From: a virus
Length of the DNA stretch: 64,000 nucleotides
Virus record (IMG/VR): IMGVR_UViG_3300021373_002801
Location: 1 to 64,000 of that record
Reading direction: 5' to 3' (one strand)
Every line of letters begins with the position of its first letter. The first letter of the stretch is position 1. This document shows, piece after piece, positions 28,848 through 39,443 of this stretch. A model generated the notes under the pieces. The model saw only the letters and a list, made by a program, of their open reading frames with translations. It was not told the DNA's origin and ran no database searches. A program made the position numbers and the translations under genes.

Positions 28848-29984
28848 ATGGCAGATTTAAAAAATACAATAATTAATGACACAGGATTTTTAACACTTCC
28901 AGTGGGTAATACAGCTCAAAGACCGTCGCCTGCATCTGGAATGATACGTTTAAACAATTCTAATAACTTAATGGAATTTTACGATAGCGGTGGCTGGCGA
29001 CCAATCACTGGAGTTTCAAAAGGAAGTATTGGCTCAGGTGGACAAAGTATACTATACAACGCAAGTCATTCCGGAAAACACGGTGGCGTTTTACACATAT
29101 TTACAACCACAGGAAACCATACATTTACACCTGCATTTAGTGGAACAGTAGAAGTTCTAGTAGTAGGTGGAGGCGCATCTGGCGGCGGACACTTAGGTGG
29201 TGGCGGAGGTGCTGGCGGAATGATTTTCAACAGAGCATATCCGGTATCAAACGGAAGCGGAATAAACGTCACTGTTGGTACTGGAGGACCTGCTAATAAC
29301 TACGGAAGATCACCTCCAGGTTTCCAAGGTGGAAACAGTGTATTTGGATCACTTACTGCTGATGGCGGTGGAGGAGGAGGATCATGGGACGGCAACGCAG
29401 CTCGAGCAGGTGGCTCAGGAGGCGGAGGTTGTACTGGTTCTAACGGAAACGGATCAAACGGACACACTGGACCAAACAATAGTCGTAACACCAACATGGG
29501 CGGTCGTGGAGTAACTGGCGAAGGCTTTCCTGGAGGCTCAGGCATAAGATTTAACAGACAAGGTGAAGATTCACACAAAGCCGGCGGCGGAGGTGGCGCT
29601 GGTGGACCTGGATGGAGTTCAGAAGATGATTGTCACGAAGGACGTAATGGATCAGGTGGCCCAGGCGCAGCAAATGATATACTAGGATACACGCTTTATT
29701 GGGCAGGTGGTGGTGGCGGAGCATGCCATGTAGGAAATGAAACACACGGTTCGTCGGGTGGTATTGGTGGAGGCGGAGGTGGTACTATGAACCACGGACA
29801 GCCAAGAAGACCTCCAGGAGGTAAAAGCAGTACTGGCGGCGGCTATGCTTACAACAACGGTGGTGGAGTTAATTCAAGCGGTTATGAAGGTGGCACAGCA
29901 GGTGCAAACACAGGTAGCGGATCAGGCGGAGCATATGGCTCAGCTAAAATTGGAGGCACTGGAATAGTGATAGTAAGGTACTAA
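28848..29984 (+). CDS. Glycine-rich fibre-tip/adhesin-like protein 2
   Basis: Paralog of 27782 with the same architecture; ends 'GIVIVRY'. Confidence 0.8.
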   Translation: MADLKNTIINDTGFLTLPVGNTAQRPSPASGMIRLNNSNNLMEFYDSGGWRPITGVSKGSIGSGGQSILYNASHSGKHGGVLHIFTTTGNHTFTPAFSGTVEVLVVGGGASGGGHLGGGGGAGGMIFNRAYPVSNGSGINVTVGTGGPANNYGRSPPGFQGGNSVFGSLTADGGGGGGSWDGNAARAGGSGGGGCTGSNGNGSNGHTGPNNSRNTNMGGRGVTGEGFPGGSGIRFNRQGEDSHKAGGGGGAGGPGWSSEDDCHEGRNGSGGPGAANDILGYTLYWAGGGGGACHVGNETHGSSGGIGGGGGGTMNHGQPRRPPGGKSSTGGGYAYNNGGGVNSSGYEGGTAGANTGSGSGGAYGSAKIGGTGIVIVRY

Positions 29985-29985
29985 T

Positions 29986-31122
29986 ATGGCAGATTTAAAA
30001 AATACAACAATAGGTACAACAAATGCAGTTGAACTTCCGGATCAAAATTTATCAGCTACAACAGGTTCTGCAAAACTTAGATTTAACACTACTGGTAGTT
30101 TAAATGCATTAGAGTTTTATGATGGATCAAATTGGAGACCTGTGACAGGATACAGTCAAGGTATTGTAGGTACAGGCGGACAAACTATTAACTATACTGA
30201 TCACGGTATTGTGCATATATTTACTACCACAGGAAACCATACATTTACACCATCTTTTACAGGTAATGTACAAGTAATGGTAGTAGGTGGCGGTGGTGCT
30301 AGTGGTTATGATTGGTCCGGCGGTGGCGGCGGTGGTGGAGTTATCTTTAACAGATCATTTCCAGTAAGCGCAGGCAGTGGTTATAATGTTACAGTAGGTG
30401 CAGAAGGCCGTGGAGGAAACGGCGCAGGAGGATCACCTACGATTGCAGGCCAAAACGGAGGTAATAGTGTATTTTCAACTATAACTGCTCAAGGCGGTGG
30501 CGGAGGTGGCTCTTGGCGTAACGGTTCGCCACAGGGTTATGATAATGGACACTCGTCTGGACGTACAGGTGGATCAGGCGGTGGCGGCAGTAATTCTAGA
30601 GACGATGGAAGTAGGCGTAGACACTTAGGTGGCAGGGATACAGACGGTCAAGGTTATCCAGGTGGATCTGGTGTTAGATTTAATGCTAATAGTGAAAACG
30701 CTCACTTAGGTGGCGGTGGTGGTGGAGCCGGCGGCGGCGGCGCAAGTGCACCTGACGGTCGTCAAAACTATAGAGGAAGTTTTCGTGGAAATCAAATTTC
30801 GGGCGGAGCAGGCCGTGCTACAGACTTGCTTGGTGGAACATTATATTTTGGTGCTGGCGGAGCAGGTGGTGGACACCTAGGTTGGAATGTTAATGGCAAT
30901 GCTGGAGGCATTGGCGGTGGAGGTGGAGGTAGTTTCCATCACAGCGGACCTTATGGTGGACCAAGAAAGATTGGCCAAGGTGGCGGACAAAGTCTTAATA
31001 ACGGCCAAGATGGATTTCCAACAGCACGTGGCGGCTCAGGCGGATCACACACCGGCAGCGGTGGCGGTGGCGGACAATGGGGATATCCAGGCGGTAACGG
31101 TGTTGTTATAGTTAGATATTAA
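29986..31122 (+). CDS. Glycine-rich fibre-tip/adhesin-like protein 3
   Basis: Paralog of 27782 and 28848; ends 'GVVIVRY'. Confidence 0.8.
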   Translation: MADLKNTTIGTTNAVELPDQNLSATTGSAKLRFNTTGSLNALEFYDGSNWRPVTGYSQGIVGTGGQTINYTDHGIVHIFTTTGNHTFTPSFTGNVQVMVVGGGGASGYDWSGGGGGGGVIFNRSFPVSAGSGYNVTVGAEGRGGNGAGGSPTIAGQNGGNSVFSTITAQGGGGGGSWRNGSPQGYDNGHSSGRTGGSGGGGSNSRDDGSRRRHLGGRDTDGQGYPGGSGVRFNANSENAHLGGGGGGAGGGGASAPDGRQNYRGSFRGNQISGGAGRATDLLGGTLYFGAGGAGGGHLGWNVNGNAGGIGGGGGGSFHHSGPYGGPRKIGQGGGQSLNNGQDGFPTARGGSGGSHTGSGGGGGQWGYPGGNGVVIVRY

Positions 31123-32687
31123 TCGTTATAAAAGTTTTCTTTTAAGAACGCATACAAAGATGGAACATGTTTAATTGCATTGTTCCATTTTTCTTTGCGT
31201 TGATCTAAGTTGTCTATCATATCTTTAAACTCGGATTTTTTATCTATGTGTTTAGGGAATATTTTGTTCAACACAGTAACATCGTTTGCATTCCAATTCA
31301 TACCTGCCGCCAAACAGTTTACTCCGTCATCGTCTTGTAGGAAATCAACAAAGTTTTTTTGGTAAATGCTTTGATAATATAGTCCTTGTGTTTGTAAATT
31401 ATTTAACGCTGGCATAAGATTGGTATAGCTCTTTTGTGTAATATCTTTCCAATATTTACTGTCATTTCTATGACTTAATGCATAGTGCATACTTACGAAA
31501 TTTGCCCAATAGTTAAATGTATCGTCGCATACAAGATTAAATTCGTCTCTATCCCATTGACTAATGCTGTTAGATCTTACTAACATTCTTACTAAATTTG
31601 TTGCAAAATCGTGGGTAGTAAGTAAGCCTGTACTTTCTAAAGGCTCAATAAATCCTGCACTTAATCCTATAGCTACAACATTCTTAACCCAAAGTTTTTC
31701 ATGTATGCCTACTCTCATCTCAATATCTTTAAAAGTGCAATTAGATGTATCATATCCTTTACTGTTAAGATGTGTTATAAAATCAATTTTTGCTTGTTTG
31801 GGATTTATATAATTATCGCTATAAACATACCCAGTACCAATCCTTGACCATAAAGGAATATTCCAGACCCAACCATTTTCTAATGCACTACAGTCTGTTA
31901 CACTATCTAGTTGTTTTTCCTTATCAGTGTAATCTACTCTTGTTGCCCATGCTCTATTATTTGGTAAAATATGTTCATAACTTTTAAAAGGAACTTTCAT
32001 CGCTTTACCTAGTAATAAACTATTGAAGCCTGTACAGTCTATAAATAAATCTCCAAATATTTTATCGCCATTGTCTAATACTATGCTATCAATGCCTATA
32101 TCTGATTTATTACAAGTAACAACTTCCCCATTTACATATTTTACTCCTAAGTTTTTACAAAATTTATCTCTAAGCCATATACCTAATTTAGCAGCATCAA
32201 AATGAAAAGCAGTATCATTATAAAAATCAAATCCTTTTAAATCAGGATGATCAACAAGCATTTTATTTTCTTTTACTAATGACATTTGAGGATAGTAACA
32301 ATCTACGTAATCATCTGAAGGCGTTTCTGGATATAAAGTTTTTTTAATAAACCAATCATCTCTTTGGTGCATACAATTATCAAATAACGGCTGTCCAAAG
32401 GGATAATACCAAGACCCGCTGTCATGTTTATGAAAGTTATTAAATTTTATAGCAAGTTTGTAACTTGCATCTGTTTCTTTTACAAAATCTTTATCGTGTA
32501 TTCCTACCATCCTTAACCAAGCACGTATTCCTCCTACTGTACTTTCGCCAACTCCCACTGTAGGTATATTAGGACTTTCTACTACAGTAATATTAACATT
32601 GTTAATCTGAGATGCTATTGTAGCGGCAGTCATCCATCCGGCACTACCTCCTCCCACTATAATAATATCTTGTATATCACTGCTCAT
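31119..32687 (-). CDS. Flavin-dependent tryptophan halogenase-like protein 1 (PrnA family)
   Basis: GGGSAG FAD motif, GVGEST, catalytic-Lys region ASYKLAIKF, FIDCTGF, WVWNIP, FIEPLESTG. Confidence 0.9.
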   Translation of the reverse strand: MSSDIQDIIIVGGGSAGWMTAATIASQINNVNITVVESPNIPTVGVGESTVGGIRAWLRMVGIHDKDFVKETDASYKLAIKFNNFHKHDSGSWYYPFGQPLFDNCMHQRDDWFIKKTLYPETPSDDYVDCYYPQMSLVKENKMLVDHPDLKGFDFYNDTAFHFDAAKLGIWLRDKFCKNLGVKYVNGEVVTCNKSDIGIDSIVLDNGDKIFGDLFIDCTGFNSLLLGKAMKVPFKSYEHILPNNRAWATRVDYTDKEKQLDSVTDCSALENGWVWNIPLWSRIGTGYVYSDNYINPKQAKIDFITHLNSKGYDTSNCTFKDIEMRVGIHEKLWVKNVVAIGLSAGFIEPLESTGLLTTHDFATNLVRMLVRSNSISQWDRDEFNLVCDDTFNYWANFVSMHYALSHRNDSKYWKDITQKSYTNLMPALNNLQTQGLYYQSIYQKNFVDFLQDDDGVNCLAAGMNWNANDVTVLNKIFPKHIDKKSEFKDMIDNLDQRKEKWNNAIKHVPSLYAFLKENFYND

Positions 32688-33405
32688 AGGGACATCCTTT
32701 TAATTTTGCTAGACTTTTATATCTTTCGTTTAATGGTCTAAATGTATGTTCGTTACGTATATTATTGCATAATTTTATATCTTCCCATGGACACTTTTGT
32801 TGTTGTAGTTTTACAATATTATCACTGTAAAATTTAAAATATGCAATAGCATCGCCTTTTTTGATTTTAATTTTATCTTTTATTTTTTTACATTCAAATA
32901 CAATTTCAGCAGGTCTTGTCCATTTTGCAATGTCAAACTCGCCAGGATATAATGTTGTTTTGTCTGTAAAATCGTTGTAGTGCAAAAATGCAGGTAGCAT
33001 TTGCATTTGCATACTGTCTGATGTTTGGAAAATATTTAACCAATCAATACCTATCATAGGATATACATTCTTTCCACGTTGACTATCAAACAAAAATCTG
33101 GTGTCAATTAAACAATTAAATTGTTCTTGATTAAGATTAGGACATGTAATTTTTACATCACCAGTTTTTTCATTTACATCTATTTCAATAGTAAGATCGT
33201 ATGGAGCATGAAACACAAACATATTCTTTATGAAGTCTGTATGTGCTGGACACTTTAAAACAATATTTCCTTTACGTTCGCTAATATAAGTTTTTTGTAG
33301 AGGAACTAAAACATCTTGCGAATTATCTAACAAATCAATTAAACACGCAGGATGGTCTATATCCCATTCACTGCTGGTTATAAACGACCAATTAATTAAT
33401 GCCAT
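32677..33405 (-). CDS. Hypothetical protein (CPA...PG.FD...W.RP...IKKGD), possibly a dUTPase-like beta fold
   Basis: 242-aa ORF translationally coupled between two halogenase genes; the fold is a guess. Confidence 0.6.
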   Translation of the reverse strand: MALINWSFITSSEWDIDHPACLIDLLDNSQDVLVPLQKTYISERKGNIVLKCPAHTDFIKNMFVFHAPYDLTIEIDVNEKTGDVKITCPNLNQEQFNCLIDTRFLFDSQRGKNVYPMIGIDWLNIFQTSDSMQMQMLPAFLHYNDFTDKTTLYPGEFDIAKWTRPAEIVFECKKIKDKIKIKKGDAIAYFKFYSDNIVKLQQQKCPWEDIKLCNNIRNEHTFRPLNERYKSLAKLKGCPYEQ

Positions 33406-34867
33406 GTTTTTTTATTTCTCTTAATCTATCTAATTCTGTGCTATGATGATGTCCGTCTAAATATCTAAATTTTTCAAATTCAACATAATTCTTTATTATT
33501 ATGTTTTTTGCTGTTTCCTTATCTATACCAATATTTTTTTCTGTTAACTTATATCCTAGTTGAATAAGGAATATTGTCCAATTAGGGCCACCAAACATTG
33601 TGTTATATTTAACTGTAGTAGGTAGTTGTATATTGGGATTTTTAAAGTCTTCGATATAACTTAACATCTCATCACTGGGGACAAAAAGGTCGTTTACATA
33701 ATTCCAAAAAGGTGTAGTCCTAATATTATCTGCATAATGCATTGCAACGAAGTTAACACAATTTTCAAATACAATTTTCATTTGTATGTTAAAATAATCA
33801 ACTTCGTTTTTTGTATAGTGATTTTCGTTTAATATTCCGTTTAACTGACCAACTGCATAGGTCATTAGTGCTACACCTGAACTTTCTAAAGGTTCAATAA
33901 ACCCTGCGCTAAGTCCTATACTTACAATGTTATCGTGCCACTGATCTTCGTTATAATAAGGATCCCAATTTATTACTTTTAAATTATCTTTATCTATTCT
34001 ATTATCCCAATAATCTACAAAATAATTTTTAGCATCATCTATATCAGTTATGTTCCTGTTGAATAGCATACCAGTACCAATTCTATCTTGTACAGGTATT
34101 TTCCAAACCCATCCATGATCTACAGCATCGCATTTGACATACGGGGTTAGTTCATTTTCCCTATCATTGTACGGAACATGCCCTGCAATAGCAGTGTTAA
34201 CAAATAAACGTTTGTCCAAATTTACACGTTTACAATTTTTTCGTAAAACTTGTTTAAACCCAGTGCAGTCGATATACAAATCGCTTTTAATTATGTCGCT
34301 GTTTTGTAAATGTAAACAGTCTATACCTTCATTTTGATTATAATCAATATCGATTACATCACTGTTTATAATAGTAACTTTGTTTTCTAATTTTTTCCTT
34401 ACATAAGACACAAGTTTACCACAATCAATGTGTACAGCATAGCGTTCTAATTCTGTCATGTCTACACTATTTTTCATGCTATTTTCATAAAACGCTGTAC
34501 AATATTTTTTAAAATCTAAATCCTGCACATTTGTATATAGATCATAAAGATTCCAGTTTTTTAAAATTCTATCATTGCCTTTATAAAAAGGGTGCCAAAT
34601 ATCTTCACCAGGTTTTTGCCAATTCGTAAAAAGTATACCTGACTTATAAGCACTTTTTATTTCTAAAAACCAATCTTCTATAGGAAATCCTGCTTCCTCA
34701 AGAAACGGTCTAAAAGTTAAAAGCGTAGCCTCTCCAACACCAATAGGTTCTGGTACTTCTTTGTCAACTACAGTAATGTTAATATGTGGTTGTCTATGGC
34801 TAAGATATGCAGCTGTAAGCCATCCAGCAGTACCGCCGCCTACAATAGTAAGTGTGTTGACTTTCAT
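33392..34867 (-). CDS. Flavin-dependent halogenase-like protein 2
   Basis: GGGTAG, GVGEAT, SAYKSGILF, WVWKIP, FIEPLESSG. Confidence 0.9.
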   Translation of the reverse strand: MKVNTLTIVGGGTAGWLTAAYLSHRQPHINITVVDKEVPEPIGVGEATLLTFRPFLEEAGFPIEDWFLEIKSAYKSGILFTNWQKPGEDIWHPFYKGNDRILKNWNLYDLYTNVQDLDFKKYCTAFYENSMKNSVDMTELERYAVHIDCGKLVSYVRKKLENKVTIINSDVIDIDYNQNEGIDCLHLQNSDIIKSDLYIDCTGFKQVLRKNCKRVNLDKRLFVNTAIAGHVPYNDRENELTPYVKCDAVDHGWVWKIPVQDRIGTGMLFNRNITDIDDAKNYFVDYWDNRIDKDNLKVINWDPYYNEDQWHDNIVSIGLSAGFIEPLESSGVALMTYAVGQLNGILNENHYTKNEVDYFNIQMKIVFENCVNFVAMHYADNIRTTPFWNYVNDLFVPSDEMLSYIEDFKNPNIQLPTTVKYNTMFGGPNWTIFLIQLGYKLTEKNIGIDKETAKNIIIKNYVEFEKFRYLDGHHHSTELDRLREIKKHGIN

Positions 34868-34889
34868 ATATTGTATCCTTTGTTTAATG

Positions 34890-34901
34890 TACTTATAAAT
34901 A
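34890..34901. promoter_or_regulatory. Overlapping divergent late promoters (+ TATAAATA 34894-34901; - TATAAGTA 34897-34890)
   Basis: Both motifs lie in the 39-bp gap between divergent genes. Confidence 0.6.
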
Positions 34902-34906
34902 TTGCT

Positions 34907-35482
34907 ATGCTTATAGTTGACGATCTGATATCAAAACCGTATCAAGAAGAAATAAAAGAAAATTTCTTAGATATTGAAAATAAAAATTCTTATAAGTTTC
35001 CTTGGTCTTTTGTGCCGGATGTAACATCGGCAGATGTTGGCATTGTTGCTCCAGCAATGATGCATAATTTTTGTTGGGAGCGGGGAAATTATTCTCAATA
35101 TTTTGATTTAGTTGAGCCAATTGCAATAGCAGGAGCAAATGCAGTAAACTATCCTGCAACCACAGTAATACAAGCTAGAAGTTTTTTACAATATCCTCTA
35201 AGCAAAACATTTCACGATAAACAAGTTGATCGCTTGCATATAGATTTAGATTATAAACATTTGGTTGTGCTATATTATGTTTTAGATTCTGATGGCGATA
35301 CTATTATAACAAATAAAACATATGACGAACATAATGAACATTATTTAGATAAAATTGATGATGTTGTAATGCGAGTCACACCAAAACAAGGTAGAGCTGT
35401 AATTTTTGATGGTAAGTACTATCATACAGCAGAACAGCCTAAAGATAATTTGAGATGCATTATAAATTTTAATGTAGAGTAA
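34907..35482 (+). CDS. 2OG-Fe(II) oxygenase-like protein
   Basis: HID...LYYV.DSDGDT...FDG..YHTA...R..IN. Start reassigned to ATG 34907 because the called 34784 start overlaps the halogenase gene. Confidence 0.8.
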   Translation: MLIVDDLISKPYQEEIKENFLDIENKNSYKFPWSFVPDVTSADVGIVAPAMMHNFCWERGNYSQYFDLVEPIAIAGANAVNYPATTVIQARSFLQYPLSKTFHDKQVDRLHIDLDYKHLVVLYYVLDSDGDTIITNKTYDEHNEHYLDKIDDVVMRVTPKQGRAVIFDGKYYHTAEQPKDNLRCIINFNVE

Positions 35483-35485
35483 AAA

Positions 35486-36097
35486 ATGATAGAATTTGAA
35501 GTTATAGATAATTTTTTACCTAATGATCAGTTTACGAAACTGTCTAGCTATCTACTGTCTCAAGATTTTCCTTGGTTTTACACAGAGCATGTTTCATTAG
35601 ATCCTATAGATAACAATATTAAAAATCCTGAAGCAATAGAAACAGACGGATATGCACATTTGTTTTATGATAGAGATAACGGATTAGAAGCTGTTACGCA
35701 CAAAGTAATGGAAGACTTTAATAAACAAATACAAATTAAATTTGGTGTAACCTACAATGATATAATCCGATCAAGAGCTAGTATAAAGCATCCAAAAATA
35801 GGATACACTGAAGAAAATTATAACTTACCCCATGTTGATTATTTTATACCTCATCTTAGTTTAATTTATTATCTTAATGATTGTGACGGCGATACAAGAA
35901 TATTTGAAGAAAAATTTACTCCAGTACCCTCTGGCCCTAATTTAGGGATAAGTTATGATACGTTTACGGTTAAAGATAGAGTATCACCAAAAGCAAATCG
36001 ACTTCTTGTTATTAACGGACTGCGATATCATACAGCAAGTAACCCTATAAAAAGTAAAAGACGTGTAATTATTAATATTAATACGGAGGCAAAATGA
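35486..36097 (+). CDS. 2OG-Fe(II) oxygenase-like protein
   Basis: PHVD...IYYLND.DGDT...YHTA...RVIN. Confidence 0.85.
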   Translation: MIEFEVIDNFLPNDQFTKLSSYLLSQDFPWFYTEHVSLDPIDNNIKNPEAIETDGYAHLFYDRDNGLEAVTHKVMEDFNKQIQIKFGVTYNDIIRSRASIKHPKIGYTEENYNLPHVDYFIPHLSLIYYLNDCDGDTRIFEEKFTPVPSGPNLGISYDTFTVKDRVSPKANRLLVINGLRYHTASNPIKSKRRVIININTEAK

Positions 36098-36744
36098 GAA
36101 TAGATCATGCATTTCCAATTCCTATAGTTACACTAGATTTAGATAAATCTGCATTAGATGATGCACACAAAAAAGTATGTACTTACATTAAAGAAAAAAT
36201 GCCAGAAAGCACACAAGAAAAAAATAAATTGCTTACTACATACTACCATGATAATAAAAACTTTTTAGGCACAATAAATGCTATTCCTATATTAGAGGAA
36301 ATTAATAAACATGTGAGGGGATTTTTAGAATTAAGGGGATTTAGACCTGATTGTTATGTTGAAATTACTAGTTGGTTACAAATAAACCAGCCTGGTTCTT
36401 TGTTTAACAGACACGATCATTATGGAGCAATAGTTAGCGGAGTGTTTTATTTAGAAGTTCCTGAAAATTCTGGAAACTTAAAATTTCATAATCCTTTAGA
36501 ACCAAGACGTGCATCTGATGTCTTTTTTGATAGGATAAGAAAAGAAGAAAATCAGTATAATTATGATTATATTGAATATGTCCCCAAAGTAGGCGAAATG
36601 ATAATGTTTGAATCTTGGCTACAACATAGCGTAGAGATTAATAAAGCAGATAAAGATAGGTTATCTGTTTCGTATAATGTTTGGGCAGACGTAGACGATA
36701 CAGTAAAAAAATTACGTAATGAAAGAGGCGATAATGGATCCTAG
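36094..36744 (+). CDS. 2OG-Fe(II) oxygenase, HxH type (TIGR02466-like)
   Basis: HDH...SGVFYL.VP..SG.L.F...F.SWL.H.V...R.SVSYN. Confidence 0.85.
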   Translation: MRIDHAFPIPIVTLDLDKSALDDAHKKVCTYIKEKMPESTQEKNKLLTTYYHDNKNFLGTINAIPILEEINKHVRGFLELRGFRPDCYVEITSWLQINQPGSLFNRHDHYGAIVSGVFYLEVPENSGNLKFHNPLEPRRASDVFFDRIRKEENQYNYDYIEYVPKVGEMIMFESWLQHSVEINKADKDRLSVSYNVWADVDDTVKKLRNERGDNGS

Positions 36745-37318
36745 TGTTGAAATGTGGTTTCCAGTAGCAATATACAAAGACACTGGAATTATATCTATAC
36801 AAGAAAATACAAAAATTTACAATCGTGGTTTAGAACTACAAAAGACTGTTGCTAATGGAGGTAAAGAGTGGTACGGTGACACATACAATACTCATGACAC
36901 TTTCGATTTAACCAACGATGAAATATTTCATCCATTATTAGATCAAATCACAGCCCATGCACACAATTTTGCTGAAATGCACGGATCAAGCTCTGAACTA
37001 AAACTGTCGGGCGCCTGGCTTAATATTAATTCTGAAGGCACATTTCAAGAGTTTCATACTCATAATAATGCAATTTTTAGTTGTGTGTATTGGGTAGCAG
37101 CACCACCAGGATCAGGTAAATTAATTTTCGAAGACCCTAAAGAACCAGATATGTTACAAATTAGAGACATAAAATCTAGAAATAGTTTAAGTTTTACACG
37201 AATAGGATACGAAGCAGAGGAACGCAAATTACTAATTTTTAGATCTTATCTTCGTCATATGGTAGAACCTTGTAAAAATAAAACTCCAAGAATGAGTATT
37301 GCTGTAAACTATAGTTAA
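36734..37318 (+). CDS. 2OG-Fe(II) oxygenase, HxH type (TIGR02466-like)
   Basis: HTH...FRSYLRHMV...RMSIAVN; start ATG 36734 follows SD GAGG. Confidence 0.85.
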   Translation: MDPSVEMWFPVAIYKDTGIISIQENTKIYNRGLELQKTVANGGKEWYGDTYNTHDTFDLTNDEIFHPLLDQITAHAHNFAEMHGSSSELKLSGAWLNINSEGTFQEFHTHNNAIFSCVYWVAAPPGSGKLIFEDPKEPDMLQIRDIKSRNSLSFTRIGYEAEERKLLIFRSYLRHMVEPCKNKTPRMSIAVNYS

Positions 37319-37322
37319 ATGA

Positions 37323-37961
37323 ATGCTTAATAAATTAGAAATAAACCCCAATTTTAAAGTTACCGAAGAAGTTTTTAAAGATAGTAAGATTTACTATGTT
37401 GATGAAATTTATAAAAATCCTGACGAGCTAGTTTCTTATTTGCTGACTATAGAAAAACCAGATCTACACAAAGCAAACGATATTCCTAGTTACAACGGTG
37501 TACATTTTTTAGATTACAGACACAATTTTATTGATTATGATGTAGAAAAGGTCGCAGATGAATTAGCAAAAGTTTGTGGACAAAGGTGTCTACCTCCACA
37601 TAGGAGTGTTGTAGCAACAAATTGTACAAAATTTATTGACAAAAACTTTAATAATTACAAAGAAAATTATTGGTGTCCTCATGTTGACTTTGAAGGATAT
37701 ATTGGAATAATTTATCTAAATCCTACTACAAGTCAAGGAACTAATTTGTACGAACAACTAGAAGACGATGTTTATGATGGACCTGAACATTATCAACCAT
37801 GGCGTCCTGCAGGCAAATACAAAATAATTAAAACACTTGAGGGTAAGTTTAACAGAGCAATTCTTTTTGATGCTGAATATTTTTTACACGGAATGAGTGT
37901 TACTAATGATGATTTTTTTAAAATATTTAGACTAAATCAAGTACTATTCTTTAGCCCGTAG
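37323..37961 (+). CDS. 2OG-Fe(II) oxygenase-like protein
   Basis: PHVD...IIYLNP...GT.LY...FNR.ILFD...HG...RLNQV.F. Confidence 0.75.
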   Translation: MLNKLEINPNFKVTEEVFKDSKIYYVDEIYKNPDELVSYLLTIEKPDLHKANDIPSYNGVHFLDYRHNFIDYDVEKVADELAKVCGQRCLPPHRSVVATNCTKFIDKNFNNYKENYWCPHVDFEGYIGIIYLNPTTSQGTNLYEQLEDDVYDGPEHYQPWRPAGKYKIIKTLEGKFNRAILFDAEYFLHGMSVTNDDFFKIFRLNQVLFFSP

Positions 37962-39404
37962 TCTTTGTAAAAAGTCTTTATGTCCTATCATTACTTTATT
38001 CATACCTAATACATTACGTTCTTCACGAATGCCGTCAGCAAGTTTTCTATTTGCATCACTCAACATATTGTATTCAGAGAGAAGACCGTCTCGATTAAAT
38101 AATTCTAATCCTGCTAAAATTTGTATGAAATGAGGATCTTTAAATAATGCATAGCTACCAGTATGTATAAAATCTTCTAGTATAGGCAAATTGTTTTTCC
38201 AATGAGCTAACCAATCAGATAAATCTCCCGGTAATGGTACATTTTTTATATCTTTCCAAAATTCATTATGACCTTTATTTGTAACATAATGCAACGCAAC
38301 AAAATCTCTTATATTATGCAACACAATTTCTATTTGTTTGTTGTATTCGTCTATTGACTTTTTGGTATAGTTGGGAAGTCGGTGCATAAGCAAAAATGTT
38401 TGATTAATACTAGTGCCAATACTAGTCGCCTCTAAAGGTTCTACAAAACTTGCACTTAGCCCTATTGCACAACAGTTGTTTATCCATACACGATCTAATG
38501 CACCCGGATCAAACTTCAAATGTTTACCAACATTTATTTTCTTACCAAGCAATTCTTCTACTTCTTGCTGTGCTTGATCAGCAGTTATATAATCACTGTC
38601 GAAAATATATCCATTGCCGCAACGATCCCAAACCGGAATAGTAAACATCCATCCATAATCCATTGCTCGCGCTGTAGTCCAAAGATCAATTTCTTGCTTT
38701 TGTTCTGTAGGAAATACAATAGCAGATTTCATTTTTAAATATTTGCTGTAACTATTCCACTTTGCTCCTAATTTATTAATTAACAACCGTTTAAATCCAG
38801 TGCAATCAATAAAAAAATCACTAGCATAGTTTGTTTTTTCACCTACAATATAACTGATATCGCCTTGATCAGATAAAACAACATCTTTTATTTCGTCATC
38901 TAATATGTTTATACCTTTTTGTTCTGCAATTATATGCAAATAATCATTAAGTTTTTGTGTATTAAAATGAAACTGATTGTAGGGACTGTCGTTATCTAAA
39001 TGCCATTCGTCGACTGTATTTTCCCAAGTTCCTAAAGGATTTAGTTCTTTGTTTGACCAATCATGTGAAATTACTTTACCGTAGTATGTTCTATACTGGC
39101 CGTTTATAATTTCATGTTCAGGACCTATGCTGTGTAAATAATCTTTGTCGTGCCAATTTTTGAACATGATGCCGCTTTTAAATGTTGCATCACAGTTTTT
39201 TATTATGTCTTGAAAAGTCAATCCTATATAATTCATAAATTCGTTCCAGTGTTCGGTGCTACCCTCACCCACACCAATAATTCCTATTTTTTCAGAACGA
39301 ATTATTTGTATTTTTTTACTAGGAAAACGAGTTTTTAAAATTAAGGCGGCAACAAGTCCTGCTGTACCGCCCCCTACAACTGAAATTTTCTCTAACTTAT
39401 TCAA
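37944..39404 (-). CDS. Flavin-dependent halogenase-like protein 3
   Basis: GGGTAG, GVGEGS, ATFKSGIMF, WMFTIP, FVEPLEATS; TTG start with SD AAGGA. Confidence 0.9.
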   Translation of the reverse strand: MNKLEKISVVGGGTAGLVAALILKTRFPSKKIQIIRSEKIGIIGVGEGSTEHWNEFMNYIGLTFQDIIKNCDATFKSGIMFKNWHDKDYLHSIGPEHEIINGQYRTYYGKVISHDWSNKELNPLGTWENTVDEWHLDNDSPYNQFHFNTQKLNDYLHIIAEQKGINILDDEIKDVVLSDQGDISYIVGEKTNYASDFFIDCTGFKRLLINKLGAKWNSYSKYLKMKSAIVFPTEQKQEIDLWTTARAMDYGWMFTIPVWDRCGNGYIFDSDYITADQAQQEVEELLGKKINVGKHLKFDPGALDRVWINNCCAIGLSASFVEPLEATSIGTSINQTFLLMHRLPNYTKKSIDEYNKQIEIVLHNIRDFVALHYVTNKGHNEFWKDIKNVPLPGDLSDWLAHWKNNLPILEDFIHTGSYALFKDPHFIQILAGLELFNRDGLLSEYNMLSDANRKLADGIREERNVLGMNKVMIGHKDFLQRLRAKE

Positions 39405-39430
39405 TTTAGTATTTTCCTTTTAATGTTAAC

Positions 39431-39438
39431 AATAAATA
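39431..39438 (+). promoter_or_regulatory. Late promoter core (AATAAATA)
   Basis: Lies 5 nt before ATG 39444. Confidence 0.6.
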
Positions 39439-39443
39439 TCTGT

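Noticed and set aside
28080-31090. G-quadruplex or microsatellite-like GGC/GGT runs
   Set aside because: Fully explained by poly-Gly coding with mixed third positions.
27782-31122. Diversity-generating retroelement acting on the Gly-rich genes
   Set aside because: No reverse transcriptase, and no template/variable repeat pair with adenine-specific mismatches in the window.
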